From Candidatus Brocadiia bacterium (GTDB taxonomy: Bacteria; Planctomycetota; Brocadiia; CAIUPP01), in assembly GCA_050015075.1 (NCBI GenBank), contig JBEKCB010000008.1, positions 64,001-128,000 on the forward strand: a stretch of DNA of 64,000 nucleotides, written 5' to 3'. The translations under genes and the position numbers were made by a program. Below the pieces are notes generated by a model, which saw only the letters and a program-made list of their open reading frames with translations, did not search any database and was not told the origin of the DNA. This document shows positions 30,368-41,133 of the stretch, piece by piece (the first letter of the stretch is position 1; every line of letters starts with the position of its first letter).

Positions 30368-31126
30368 TCAGTAGCGGTCCCACTGCCAGAACCTGAGCCG
30401 GCATTCACGCCCTTCCGCAGCCAGCGCTGCGCTGTACGCCGGATCAGGGTGAAGCGCCGTGAGCGACCACTGTCCTGCTTGCCCGGGGTCGCCCTGAATC
30501 GCGAGAATCGCCGCAGGTTCGCACGGCGCCAGAGACACCGCGACGTTCTTCAACGGGAAGGAAAGTCCTATGCCGATTGCCTTGAGGTACGCCTCCTTCC
30601 GCGTCCAGCAGTTGAAGAAGCCCTTTTGCCGCTGGTCGGCGGGCAGGGCCAGAAACGCCTTCAACTCGGCTTCCGCGAAGAAGCGCTTGGCCATCCTTTC
30701 GCACGGCACATCGGAGCGCACGCGCTCCAGGTCAATGCCGACCTGCCTCCGGCGCGCCACGGCGAAGATCGCCAGCCCGTAGGAGTCCGACATGTTGAAG
30801 CTGATCCCCTCTCCGCCGCATTCGGGCGCGACGGCCGGCTTTCCGTGAGGCCCATAATTGAATTGCACTCGCTCGGGTTCCACGTGGAGATATCGGCCGA
30901 GAATCCCACGCAGAATCGCGCGCCCCACGATGAATTGCTCCCGGACTTCCTGGAGGGAAAACCGCGCCGCCTTACTCCGCTCGTCCTCGGACAGCAGTTG
31001 CAGGAGGCTCGGGATTTTCGACGCTTCGCGGCGAAGCGAGGCGCGCCAGACGTGGACTTCGCTCTCGTCCGGAACCGGGTTATCAGGAGGCGGAGTCCAC
31101 TGGTATTGCGATGAGGTGTCGCTCAT
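30368..31126 (-). CDS. Sfp/HetI-type 4'-phosphopantetheinyl transferase
   Basis: HGKP, FNMS, VGIDLE, WTRKEAYLKA; ATGA overlap with the NRPS stop. Confidence 0.93.
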   Translation of the reverse strand: MSDTSSQYQWTPPPDNPVPDESEVHVWRASLRREASKIPSLLQLLSEDERSKAARFSLQEVREQFIVGRAILRGILGRYLHVEPERVQFNYGPHGKPAVAPECGGEGISFNMSDSYGLAIFAVARRRQVGIDLERVRSDVPCERMAKRFFAEAELKAFLALPADQRQKGFFNCWTRKEAYLKAIGIGLSFPLKNVAVSLAPCEPAAILAIQGDPGQAGQWSLTALHPDPAYSAALAAEGRECRLRFWQWDRY

Positions 31127-34100
31127 GTCCTCGGGCCGCGAGCGGATGTTTGCGCCTCCTCGAGGTGGGCCTTGAAATATCCCGCGAGGACGCGCACGTT
31201 CGGCTCGCTCAGGATCAGCTCGTGCACTCCTGGGACAGAGTACACCTCTGCGCCGCCGGTGGCGAGTTCGCGCCAGGCCAGTCTCGCTCCATGTCTCAGG
31301 CGCGGCGTGGTTTCATTCGCCAGGAACAGGATCAGGCGGCCCTGGTAAAGCTTCGGCCTGTACCATCGCCCGGCGCGCCCGCCGGCGCGGAGCAGGGTCC
31401 GGGAGTATGCCGCCAATTGCCGCAGGTATTTGTTCAGTCCCCGCGCGGCTTCCACGCGCGCGGCGCGGCCCGCGGCGAGTCGCCGGACGTAGGCCGCCTG
31501 CCCATCCAACGTAAGCTGCGAAAGGTTGCGCAGGTGCTTTGCGCCGCGCTGAAACTGTTGCGCGATGAATCCCGGCTCGGGCCGCGCGAGTTGACGGACA
31601 TAGGCCGCCTGCCCGTCCGACTGAGGCTGCGAAAGGTCGCGCACGTCTCCTGAGCCGCGCCGAACGCGACGCTCGATGAATCCCCAGCCGGGGCACAAGC
31701 TCGCGTAATTCAACCATCGCGCCGGAGGGCTGAAGGTGTCCAGCAGCGCCAGGAAGGCGACCTCGTCGCCGCGCGCTTTGAGTTGTTGCGCCATCTCGTA
31801 CGCCACCACTCCTCCGGTGCACATCCCGCACAGGAAGTACGGCCCCTTCGGCTGGACCTTTCGCACCTCTTCCAGATAGCGGGCCGCCAGAGACTCGATC
31901 GAGACGCGCGGCTTGCGCGAGCGGGGCAGGCCCAACGGATGCAGCCCGTAACAGGGCTGCTCGGGCCCCAGGCGGCGCGCCAGGTGGACGAAGATGCCCG
32001 CATTCAGCGTTTCCACGCAGAAGAGAGGCGGCCTCGATCCCTTGGCCTGAATCCCGGTGATGAAGGTTCCCGGCTCGTCTCGGCCGTCCCGTCTGAGAGC
32101 CGCGGCGAGTTGCTCGATCGTGGGCGCTTGCAGCAGCAGCGGGAGCGGCAGGCTTTTCCCGAAAACCTCTTCAATCTCCGCGAAGAGCCGCGCCGCCGCG
32201 AGGGAATGCCCGCCCAACTCGAAAAAGTTGTCCTGCACCCCGATCGGTTCCACGCCGAGAACGTTTCCCCATATCCGGGCCAGCCGCTCTTCCACCGCGT
32301 TCCGCGGCGCCAGGCACACGCTGTCCAACGCAGGCCGCTCGGGCGGAGGCTCGGGAAGCGCCAGGCGGTCCACCTTTCCGTTGGGCGTGAGCGGGATGGA
32401 ATCCATCGGGGTGAACGTCGTTGGGACCATGTAATCCGGTAGTATCTTCTCCAGGAAACGCTGTAGTTCAGTTATTGAAGGTGTCCGCAGTTGCTTCGCG
32501 GTCACGTAGGCTGCGAGAGATTTGCTTCCCGGAATATCTTCCCGGGCTATTACCACGGCTTCTTTCACCGCAGGATGGCGGGAGAGGGCCGCTTCAATCT
32601 CGCCTAACTCGACGCGAAAGCCGCGGATCTTGACCTGATGATCCAATCGGCCGATGAATTCGATATCCCCGATCGGGAGGTAACGCGCCAGGTCACCCGT
32701 CTTGTACAGGCGCGCGTCCTGTTCATTACTGAATGGGTGGCGAATGAACCGCTCGGCGGACAACTCCGGCTGATTGAGGTAACCGCGTGCAAGACCGGGG
32801 CCGCCGATGCATAGCTCGCCCGCGACTCCGATCGGGACCGGGTTCAGGTTACCGTCGAGAATGTAGGCCGTCGTGTTGGCGATCGGCCTGCCGATCGGGA
32901 CAGTCCTCATCCCGTCCTGGACGCGCTCCACGAGATTCCAAGTGGCAAAGGTGGTCGCTTCGGTGGGGCCGTAAACATGGAGTAATCGCTCAGGCGGCGA
33001 CCGACGGAGGACCTCCGCCACCGACTGGGGATCCGCGGCCTCTCCGCCAAACAGCATCACGCGCAGGCGGCCAAAGAGCGAGGGCATCTCGCGGGCGTAT
33101 TCGTTGAAGAGCGCGGTCGTGAGGAACAGGACGTTGATCCCTTGGCGGCCGACGAGCGCGTCCAGCTCGCGCGGCACAAGCAGCGCCTGTTTCGGCACAA
33201 TCACGAGTCGGCCGCCGTTCAGGAGCGCACCCCAGATTTCGAACGTCGCCGCGTCGAAGGAGCTGTTCGAGGCCTGGGCCATGACCGAGGAGGCGTCCAG
33301 CCGTACATAGTCCGTATTCATGACCAAGCGCACGACGGCGCGGTGCGGCACGGCTACGCCCTTGGGCTGCCCAGTGGAACCGGACGTGTAGATCACGTAC
33401 GCGAGGTCGTCCGGCTCGACGGCCGCGTCGGGGTTTATCTCAGGACCCGCCGCGGCGTCTTCCTCTTCGAGGTGGACCACGGTGACCTTCGAAGTCGGCA
33501 CTGCTTCCGACAGCCGCTGCGAAGCGAGCAGGATGGACGCGCCGGCGTCCTCGATCATGAACGCCAGGCGATCCTTCGGAAACGAGGGATCCAGCGGCAC
33601 GTAGGCCGCCCCTGCCTTGAGGATCGCCAGGAGGGCAGCCAGCATCTCGGACGAGGGCTCGGCGTAAATGCACACCATCGCGCCCGGCTGGACGCCGAGG
33701 GCCTGCAGACGACGGGCCAGGCGGTTCGCGCGGGCGTTGAGCTCGGAATACGTCCACTGCGCGTCGGCGTCCACGATGGCCACGGCCCCGGGCGTCCGCG
33801 CCACCTGCTCCTCGAAAAGCTGGTGCACACACTTGTCCTTCGGATAGTCCGTCGCTGTTCGGTTCCAGTCTGTCAAGACCTGCTGTCGTTCTGGCCCTGT
33901 CAAAAGCGGCAACTCGGAAATCCTTCGGCCCGCGCCGTCGGCGGCGAGAGCTATCAGCAGAGCGCGGAAATGCCCCAGCATACGGTCCATCGCCGGCGCG
34001 TCGAAGAGCGCGGGGTTGTAGGTCATCGAGCAATGAAGCCCGCCCTCCTTCGGTTCGACGCACAGGTGCGCATCGAACTGCGCCGTCTGCGGCTCGAGCT

Positions 34101-37098
34101 CGAGCCGCTCCAGCCGAAGCGGCCCGTCCGCCGCCTGTTCGTCCGGCAGGTTGAGGAATTCGAAGACGATCTGAATGAGCGGCAGGCAGCCCTGCTCGCG
34201 CGCGGGGCGGGTCGCTTCCACCACTTTCTCGAACGGGACGTCCTGATGCTCGAGCGCGCCGAGGACCGTGCGGTGGACGCGCCGCAGCAGCTCTCGAAAC
34301 GTGACTTCGCCGGAAAGGTCCGTGCGCAGCGCGAGCATGTTGACGAAGCAACCGATGAGGCCTTCGAGCTCTGTGCGGTTTCGGCCGGCGATCGGCGTTC
34401 CGACGACGATATCCGTCTGCATCGTGTAACGATGCAGCAAGACCTTGAATACCGCGACGAGCGCCACGAACAGTGAGACGCCTTCGCGGCGACTCAATTC
34501 CTCCAGGCGTCGAAGCAGGCTGCCGGGCAGATCAAGGTTGCGCTGTGCGCTCAAGAACGTCCGCGCGCCCTTCCGCGCGTGTCCCCGGCCCAGGGCGCAC
34601 GACGGCGGCGCACTTTTGAGATTGCGCTTCCAATACTCGATCTGCCGGGCGAAAAGCGGGCTGGCTTCGAGTTCCTGTTGCCAAAGCGCATAGTCGGCGT
34701 ATTGAAGCGGCAACGGCGGCAGAGGTGACGGCGCTCCGCGACTGAACGCCGCATAGAGTACGGAAAGTTCCCTTCGCAGAATGACCTCGGACCACGCGTC
34801 GGAGACGATGTGGTGGAGCGTCAGCGTGAGCACATGGTCGTCGGGCGACAGGCGGAGCAGCTTCGCGCGCATCGGCGGGCCCTGGGCGAGGTCGAAACGC
34901 CGCCGCGCGTCCTCGCGGTGTGACCGCAGCGCCTCGGCGACGGAACCGTCGGCGGCGTCGCTTCGAGTCAACGGCACGTCCATGTCTGAAACCGGGCGCT
35001 GCGTGGACCGGCCGTTCTCGGTGCGGTACACCGTCCTGAGCAGCGCGTGGCGGCGGACCAACTCGTGGAGGCTTCGCTCCAGCGCGGGAATGTCCACGGT
35101 CCCGCGCAACCGGTACGCGAAAAGGACATTGCACAAAGAGGCGTCGGGTTCGTATTCGTGGAAGAACCACCAGCTTTGCTGCGGGTAGGAGAGTGGCATC
35201 GCGCCCTCGGAGCCGTTCCGCCGCAGCGGCGGAATCCCCGGGCTGGCGTCAAGGCGCCGCGCTTTCTCGATCTGCTCCGCCATCCCGGCGATCGTCGAGA
35301 CCTCGTCGAGCAGGCTGATGAGCGAAAGCTCCACCGCGAACTTGTCCCAAATGCGGGAGACCAGTTGCGCCGCCAGGATCGAGTCGCCGCCCAAGTGCAA
35401 GAACACGTCGTGGATGCCGATGCGCTCCAGACACAGGATTCCGGCCCACAACTGCGCCAGTTCGCGTTCCAGCGGAGTCCTCGGCGCGACGTACTCCACC
35501 TTGAGGTCGTGCAATTCTTCCGGCTCGCCCTTCAGCCCGAGCCGATCGGCCAAGCCGATACGTTGGATTTTTCCCGTCGGCCCTTTCGGCACGTCCTGCA
35601 CGATAAGTACCCGCCGCGGCACTTTGAAGGCCGCGAGGCATGCGCCCGCGAACTCGCGGATTTCCCGTTCCGAGGCGACGGCGTTCGGCTTGAGCACCAC
35701 GGCTGCAGCAACGTCCTCGCCCAGCCGCGCATCGGGCATGGCGAACGTCACCGCCTGTAAGATCGCCGGATGGCCGATCAGCGCCTCGTCCACTTCTCGC
35801 GGCGAAATCTTCTCACCGCCCCGGTTGATCAGCTCCTTGAGGCGCCCGGTAATGAAAAGATATCCCTCCGGGTCCAGATAGCCCTGGTCGCCCGTCCGGA
35901 ACCAGCCTTGAGTGAACGCGGACTCGTTGGCGCTCGGATTGTTCTCGTAGCCTTTTGTGAGGTTCTCGCCGCGCAGGACGATTTCCCCGGTTTGGCCCTG
36001 AGCGAGCAGCCGTCCAGCTTCGTCCATGATCGCGACCTCGGATCCCGTCACGAGGCCGACCGAGCCCGGTTTGCGCGTGGCTGGCGGAAGCGGATTGCCG
36101 GCAATCTGGTGAGACGCCTCCGTCATGCCGTACGCTTCGACCACCGGCGCGCGGAAGACGGCCTCCAGGTCCGCGATCACTTTCGGAGCCAGCGCGGCGG
36201 AGGACGAGCGGATGAATCGCAGCGGGCAATTGGCGATGGTCGCGCGGTGCGCAGCAGACTGCACCAGGATGGATTGGTGCATCGTCGGCACGGCGGTGTA
36301 CCAAGTCGGGTGGAATTCCGCGATCCACTCGAAGAATCTCGGCGCGATGAACCCCGGCGCGCAGACCACGCTTGCGCCCGCCCGAAGCGATGCGAGCAAG
36401 CTAGCCACGATGCCGTGAATGTGGAACAGCGGCATGACGTTCAGGCAGCGGTCGCTCTTGATAAGCCCCAGCGCCCTGCCCACGTTTCCGGCGGAGGCGC
36501 AGAGACTCCGATGGGTCAGCGGAACGCGTTTCGGCCGAGAGGCCGTTCCCGAAGTGTAAAGGACAAGGGCGACGTCCTCCGGGACGCACCATTCGCCGGT
36601 CGCCGACGGTCGCGCGTCCCGGGCGTTGAGCGTGAAGATCCCCGCGCCTTCTTCGAGCACCGGCGAAAGCTCAATGACCGGAACGCCGCGTCGCTCGGCC
36701 GCTTCGGTCGCTGCCGACTTCGCGCCCGACTCAAGGATCAACGCCTTCGGGGCCAGGTCAGCGAGGCAGAAATCGAATTCCTGGACGCCGTAGCTCGGAT
36801 TGAGGGGGCAAGCTGTCGCGCAGGAAACCACGCTCAGGAAAGCCGTGGCCATCTCCGGGCCGTTGGGCAGCACGATGGCCACGCGATCGCCGCGACCGAT
36901 TCCAAGCGACCGGAACTTCCGAGCGGTGTCGCGGACGTGCGTGTGCAAACCTGCGTACGTCAGCGGGCCGCGTGCCGGGCCCAGCAACGAGACAGCCTCG
37001 GGCGAACGGCGAGCTTGCTCCGCGACAAGATCCAGTATCGACATGCAAGTGCCCGCCTGTATGACGCTTGGATCTGCGTCGGCAATTAATCCTGCCAT
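31123..37098 (-). CDS. Nonribosomal peptide synthetase: acyl-CoA ligase-PCP-C-A-PCP-TE
   Basis: Ligase TSGTASRPK/YGMTE; PCP LGGDS; C HHIVSD; A YTSGSTGQPKG, YGPTE; PCP LGGHS; TE GMCTGG...PGVH. Confidence 0.93.
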   Translation of the reverse strand: MAGLIADADPSVIQAGTCMSILDLVAEQARRSPEAVSLLGPARGPLTYAGLHTHVRDTARKFRSLGIGRGDRVAIVLPNGPEMATAFLSVVSCATACPLNPSYGVQEFDFCLADLAPKALILESGAKSAATEAAERRGVPVIELSPVLEEGAGIFTLNARDARPSATGEWCVPEDVALVLYTSGTASRPKRVPLTHRSLCASAGNVGRALGLIKSDRCLNVMPLFHIHGIVASLLASLRAGASVVCAPGFIAPRFFEWIAEFHPTWYTAVPTMHQSILVQSAAHRATIANCPLRFIRSSSAALAPKVIADLEAVFRAPVVEAYGMTEASHQIAGNPLPPATRKPGSVGLVTGSEVAIMDEAGRLLAQGQTGEIVLRGENLTKGYENNPSANESAFTQGWFRTGDQGYLDPEGYLFITGRLKELINRGGEKISPREVDEALIGHPAILQAVTFAMPDARLGEDVAAAVVLKPNAVASEREIREFAGACLAAFKVPRRVLIVQDVPKGPTGKIQRIGLADRLGLKGEPEELHDLKVEYVAPRTPLERELAQLWAGILCLERIGIHDVFLHLGGDSILAAQLVSRIWDKFAVELSLISLLDEVSTIAGMAEQIEKARRLDASPGIPPLRRNGSEGAMPLSYPQQSWWFFHEYEPDASLCNVLFAYRLRGTVDIPALERSLHELVRRHALLRTVYRTENGRSTQRPVSDMDVPLTRSDAADGSVAEALRSHREDARRRFDLAQGPPMRAKLLRLSPDDHVLTLTLHHIVSDAWSEVILRRELSVLYAAFSRGAPSPLPPLPLQYADYALWQQELEASPLFARQIEYWKRNLKSAPPSCALGRGHARKGARTFLSAQRNLDLPGSLLRRLEELSRREGVSLFVALVAVFKVLLHRYTMQTDIVVGTPIAGRNRTELEGLIGCFVNMLALRTDLSGEVTFRELLRRVHRTVLGALEHQDVPFEKVVEATRPAREQGCLPLIQIVFEFLNLPDEQAADGPLRLERLELEPQTAQFDAHLCVEPKEGGLHCSMTYNPALFDAPAMDRMLGHFRALLIALAADGAGRRISELPLLTGPERQQVLTDWNRTATDYPKDKCVHQLFEEQVARTPGAVAIVDADAQWTYSELNARANRLARRLQALGVQPGAMVCIYAEPSSEMLAALLAILKAGAAYVPLDPSFPKDRLAFMIEDAGASILLASQRLSEAVPTSKVTVVHLEEEDAAAGPEINPDAAVEPDDLAYVIYTSGSTGQPKGVAVPHRAVVRLVMNTDYVRLDASSVMAQASNSSFDAATFEIWGALLNGGRLVIVPKQALLVPRELDALVGRQGINVLFLTTALFNEYAREMPSLFGRLRVMLFGGEAADPQSVAEVLRRSPPERLLHVYGPTEATTFATWNLVERVQDGMRTVPIGRPIANTTAYILDGNLNPVPIGVAGELCIGGPGLARGYLNQPELSAERFIRHPFSNEQDARLYKTGDLARYLPIGDIEFIGRLDHQVKIRGFRVELGEIEAALSRHPAVKEAVVIAREDIPGSKSLAAYVTAKQLRTPSITELQRFLEKILPDYMVPTTFTPMDSIPLTPNGKVDRLALPEPPPERPALDSVCLAPRNAVEERLARIWGNVLGVEPIGVQDNFFELGGHSLAAARLFAEIEEVFGKSLPLPLLLQAPTIEQLAAALRRDGRDEPGTFITGIQAKGSRPPLFCVETLNAGIFVHLARRLGPEQPCYGLHPLGLPRSRKPRVSIESLAARYLEEVRKVQPKGPYFLCGMCTGGVVAYEMAQQLKARGDEVAFLALLDTFSPPARWLNYASLCPGWGFIERRVRRGSGDVRDLSQPQSDGQAAYVRQLARPEPGFIAQQFQRGAKHLRNLSQLTLDGQAAYVRRLAAGRAARVEAARGLNKYLRQLAAYSRTLLRAGGRAGRWYRPKLYQGRLILFLANETTPRLRHGARLAWRELATGGAEVYSVPGVHELILSEPNVRVLAGYFKAHLEEAQTSARGPRT

Positions 37099-37604
37099 AT
37101 TCGCTTAGACATGCGGCCGCCCTCCACACAGCGGTCAGGCGGCAAGTGTCATACTCTGACGACCGAGTTCACTCCCTTTAACCAGGATTTATCAAATACC
37201 TGCCCTCCACGCGACCGGCGGGCAAGCCGTCCACATGACGGTCAGCCATCGAGGATCGTATTCTGATCGTCAAAATCCCCCTTGTCAATTCAACCACAGT
37301 GACAAAGGCACGGCTAGCTTCGTTGCCTTGTTCTGGAAGACGATACGCCCACGCGCGCCCCTCGCGCGCATGAATGGAAAGAGGAGCCGGAGCGGTTTGT
37401 CGTAGGTACGGGATGGCCAGACATGTTTGGACCTCCGGCCGTATAGACTACGGTATTAAGGCCGACCAAAATCAGTTCCGCCCAATGGCGAAACTGATTG
37501 GGCAAGGCTATAGCAAGGACGTTTGCCGAGGCCGATCTCTCGGAACTCGTATATCATGAAGGAGGGGGTGTTGCGCCAGATTGCCAAGGAGACGGGCGTC
37601 AGCC

Positions 37605-37938
37605 TCTCCTCGCCCAGCCGCACGACCAACCCCCGCAGTTCCTGAGCGAGGTGGGGTCTGCCGGACTTCTTGGGCGTCCTCCCTCTCTTGACGTCGTTTA
37701 TCCAGCGGCGGTACGTCGGGAGCGTGACAACTTCCAGCAGAGGGCCGACCAAATGGCCGAACTCCGAACTCAGCCGAAGCAGCTCGTATCTTTCTTTGGA
37801 AGAGGGTACAATGCGGTCTGCCCGGACACGCTTCCGCAGCATGGCCACCTGGGCTTTCAGAAAGCGTATCTGAGCGTTGTGTCGAGGAGCGAAAGCCTGG
37901 AGGAAGAGGCTGAGAACGGTTCAGAGGGCATTTGTCAT
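37605..37938 (-). pseudogene. 5' fragment of an rve/IS-type integrase-transposase
   Basis: QIRFLKAQ..MLRKR...ER.ELLRL...VVT..TYRRW...GRP....ELR.LVVRL; in-frame TGA at codon 6 (37921-37923); catalytic domain absent. Confidence 0.7.
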
Positions 37939-37999
37939 GGGTCTCTGATGCTCCGAGGAAAACTTCGAGTTCATTCAATAACCCGGAAAGGATTGCCCA

Positions 38000-38209
38000 A
38001 TGAAAATCAGCGCTCGAAACAAATTCGTCGGCAAGGTCAAGCATATCACCCACGGCACGGTCAACTCCGAGGTCATCATCGCCCTGCCCGGTGGCCAGGA
38101 ATTGGTCTCGGTCATCACCGAGACTTCGGTCCAATATCTCAAGCTGAAAACCGGCTCCCGCGTCGTCGCTTTCATCAAGGCGTCCAACGTCTTGCTGGCC
38201 GTGCCGTGA
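38000..38209 (+). CDS. Mop/TOBE molybdate-binding protein
   Basis: MKISARN...G.VNSEV...SVIT..S...L.L..G..V.AFIKAS. Confidence 0.93.
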   Translation: MKISARNKFVGKVKHITHGTVNSEVIIALPGGQELVSVITETSVQYLKLKTGSRVVAFIKASNVLLAVP

Positions 38210-38409
38210 GCTCGCAAAGACTGCGATTTCGGAAAAACACTTGACGCCATTCAGGGCCTGCTGCGCACGCACCGGCAGCACGAAACGACCCGTTCAGGGG
38301 ATGAAAAAGACGTGCGGATATTTTGAAACCTCTCCGGGAAGAAGGCAGGCAGACGATAGCCGCAGTCGGGACGCTCTCTAGCCTTTCAGGGGAAGGAAGG
38401 AGAGAACGC

Positions 38410-38910
38410 ATGGGCAAAGACTACGAGGTTCGCCAGTCAGACGGGCAAAGGCCCGCAGTCGTCTACCATTGCCCGGAATGCGGACACCAGATTGAGTCCC
38501 TTCTCAGTGACGCCGGATCAGAGGACAACTGCCCATCGTGCGGAAAAGCCCTGACCATACCCGGCGAAGCCGAATTGCGGCCACCCAAAGAGATTGCGGC
38601 ATCACAGCAGGAGCCAAACGACCGTATTGCGGTCGGGCGGAGCTTTTACGAGGCAGTTGATGCGGCGATTGCCAAGGCGGCATTGGATGAGGCAGGCATC
38701 CCGTGTCATGCAGAGTACGTTGAGAGAAGTCCCTATTCTGACTTCACGCCTAAATACGGATACGGACGAATTCTCGTGCGAGAACAGGATGCGGAGCGAG
38801 CGAACGAGATCATTGACGAGGCCTTGAAAATCCAACCTGCGGATGCCGAGGAATTCAGCCCTGAGAGTGAAGATGAGGATGAGCGAGAGGAGAGATCATG
38901 CCCACCATGA
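38410..38910 (+). CDS. Zinc-ribbon plus DUF2007-like domain protein with acidic tail
   Basis: CPEC...CPSC; A.IAKAALDEAGIP...ILVREQDAERANEII. Confidence 0.7.
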   Translation: MGKDYEVRQSDGQRPAVVYHCPECGHQIESLLSDAGSEDNCPSCGKALTIPGEAELRPPKEIAASQQEPNDRIAVGRSFYEAVDAAIAKAALDEAGIPCHAEYVERSPYSDFTPKYGYGRILVREQDAERANEIIDEALKIQPADAEEFSPESEDEDEREERSCPP

Positions 38911-40070
38911 CCAGCCGGCAGCGGCTTCTGGCGGCGATCCGGTTCGAGGGCCCCGACCGCGTGCCGGTTTGTCCGCGCATGTGGCGGTACATGCTCGCGC
39001 ACGGCGGCTCGCAACAGCTGCCGGCGTACCTGAAGTACGCGGCCGAGTACGGGGTTGACCTGATGATCGGATGCGCAGCCGGGCCTGTGGTGATGTATCC
39101 GGGTCCAGGGAGCGATTGCGCCAGGCTTGGGTCGGGGTTCCGCGTCGAGGAGAGGGTGGCCGAGGACAGCGAGGGGCGGACGGTCAGCCGCTTCATCCAC
39201 ACCCCTGCCGGCCGGCTCAGCGATCGGACGCGAATCCCCAGGCCGGGCGGGCAGTTCGGCATCGCTCCCAACAACCATATCGAGGAGTACCTGCTCAAAG
39301 GGCCGGATGATCTGCCCGCGCTGCGGACCCTGGTGTCGGCCTGGACGGCGGCCGAGCCGGGAGGCGACCTTCCCGCTGTCCGCCGCCAGCTCGGCGAGCA
39401 AGGGCTCGTGATGGCCAACACGTACTCTGCGATGAGTCATAACGCCGGCGACGTCTATTCGCTCGATCTGCTGATGGTGGATTGCCTGGAGCGGCAGGCG
39501 TTCGTGGAGGAACTGATGGACGTTTTCCACCGCCCGCTGATGGAGGCGACTCGCCGGGCGCTGGAGAGCGGGGCGGAGATGGTCTACTGCTCAACGTTCT
39601 TCGAGTCCATGAGCGCGGGCTGGTCGCCGCGGATTTACCGGGAGCTGTTCCTGCCGCGCATTCGGGCGCATGTGGAACTGACGCATCAGTACGGGGCGCT
39701 GTATCACCTCTACGATGACGGCAAGGTGGCCGGCACTCTGCCGATGTGGCGGGAGGTCGGCGTGGACCTCGTCAGCACGCTTTGCCCACCGCCGGCCGGC
39801 GACGTGACGCTTGCCGAAGCGAGGCGCCTGGCGGGGGACGACGTCTGCCTCAACGGCGGCATTGATACCGTGAACACGGTCTGGCGCGGCACGCCCGCCA
39901 CGATCGAGGCGGCCATCAGCGCGGCGATTCAGGCTGCCGCCGGCGCGGAAGGCGGGTACATACTTGGCACGAGCGATTCCATCACCGAAGAAACGCCGCC
40001 GGAGAACTTCCGCGCGTTCTTCGAGGCGGGAAACCGTCTTGGCGCACGCGCGGCCCTTACCCGGAAGTAG
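38898..40070 (+). CDS. Uroporphyrinogen decarboxylase/MtaA-CmuA family protein
   Basis: MTSRQRLLAAI....PDRVP, SP..YRELFLP, CLNGGID, GGYILGT...TPPEN. Confidence 0.85.
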   Translation: MPTMTSRQRLLAAIRFEGPDRVPVCPRMWRYMLAHGGSQQLPAYLKYAAEYGVDLMIGCAAGPVVMYPGPGSDCARLGSGFRVEERVAEDSEGRTVSRFIHTPAGRLSDRTRIPRPGGQFGIAPNNHIEEYLLKGPDDLPALRTLVSAWTAAEPGGDLPAVRRQLGEQGLVMANTYSAMSHNAGDVYSLDLLMVDCLERQAFVEELMDVFHRPLMEATRRALESGAEMVYCSTFFESMSAGWSPRIYRELFLPRIRAHVELTHQYGALYHLYDDGKVAGTLPMWREVGVDLVSTLCPPPAGDVTLAEARRLAGDDVCLNGGIDTVNTVWRGTPATIEAAISAAIQAAAGAEGGYILGTSDSITEETPPENFRAFFEAGNRLGARAALTRK

Positions 40071-40157
40071 CGTTCAGGCCGATCCCGTTGTGACCGCGAC
40101 GGGCCGCAGTCGGATGCTCAAGGCGCTCCGTGGTTCCGCCAGCCTTATTCGCGTCCA

Positions 40158-40410
40158 TTACAGGCCAAAGCGCTCAGTGCAGAGCCTGCGAATGAGCGGG
40201 GTCAGCGATTCCGGGCCGTTCGGACCGATGACGAAGCCCTCTTCGATGCGGTTCGAGCCGGCCGGATGCCCGAACAGGCTGATATCGGAGTTGACGCACA
40301 TACCCGACTGGAACCGATAGTCGGCGCGCTCGTCCGGGTACGGCGACTCCGCATCCGCGAATCCGATCCCGTGCATGGGCGGATACCACTGTAAGTACAG
40401 AGATGAGCGC
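40158..40410 (-). pseudogene. C-terminal remnant of an M24 (Xaa-Pro) peptidase
   Basis: HGIG..DAESP...GM.V..DI.LF......RIEE.FVI...G.E.LT; no N-terminal part. Confidence 0.65.
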
Positions 40411-40799
40411 CTGATCGGGCAGTTGCGTCGCCGAGGTGGTGGAGCGATGCCCCGGGGCGCGTTGGACGAGGCGCACGTTGGCGGTCTGCGCCGGCAGGCC
40501 CAAGGCGAGAGCACGCCGGAAGGAATGGCGCGTGAACGGCTGCTTCACCAAGAAGTCGGAGGTCGCCTGCGCCGCCATCGGCAAACACCTCATGCACGCA
40601 CACTGTGGCTGAACGGAGCGGGCATCGCCGCCAAAGGACACCTGCTCACCACTGTCGCCTGAGTCTGCTCCTTTTCGCTTCAGTTTCAGCCCAGCTCATT
40701 CAATCGTTCGCTCGTTCCTCCCATTGGACCAAGGTCCAATTTACACCCCGGCCCGCGTCGTGCCATCATGGCTCCTGTGCTCAGCGCATTCGAATGGGC

Positions 40800-41020
40800 G
40801 ATGGAGAAGCACGTGCAGCATAGGGTGGAAAGGGTGTTCCTTGCAGAGCGCCCCGGCAAGCTTCGGGTCGAGAGCGTCGGAGATGGGATCCGCCGCACCC
40901 TGTGGTATTCGAATTAACAGATCGCGGTCGCCGGCTTCCAGAAGCACGTCTGCGCCACAACGGATGCACCTGCATCCATTGACGCGGCGATTGATTTCGC
41001 CAACGATAGCGGGATAACCA
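40800..41020 (+). pseudogene. Remnant of a DUF2092-like periplasmic protein
   Basis: RPGKLRVESVGDGIRRTLWYSN*QIAV...HVCATTDAPASIDAAIDF; TAA at 40915-40917. Confidence 0.55.
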
Positions 41021-41133
41021 ACCAACATTTCCGCGGGAGAGGCGCAATGGGCCTGCTCGGTCCACGCGGATCGGAGACTTGGTGCGAGGGCGCAGTTGAC
41101 GTTCCTTCTTCCCCGAGTGATAGGAGACCGGAC

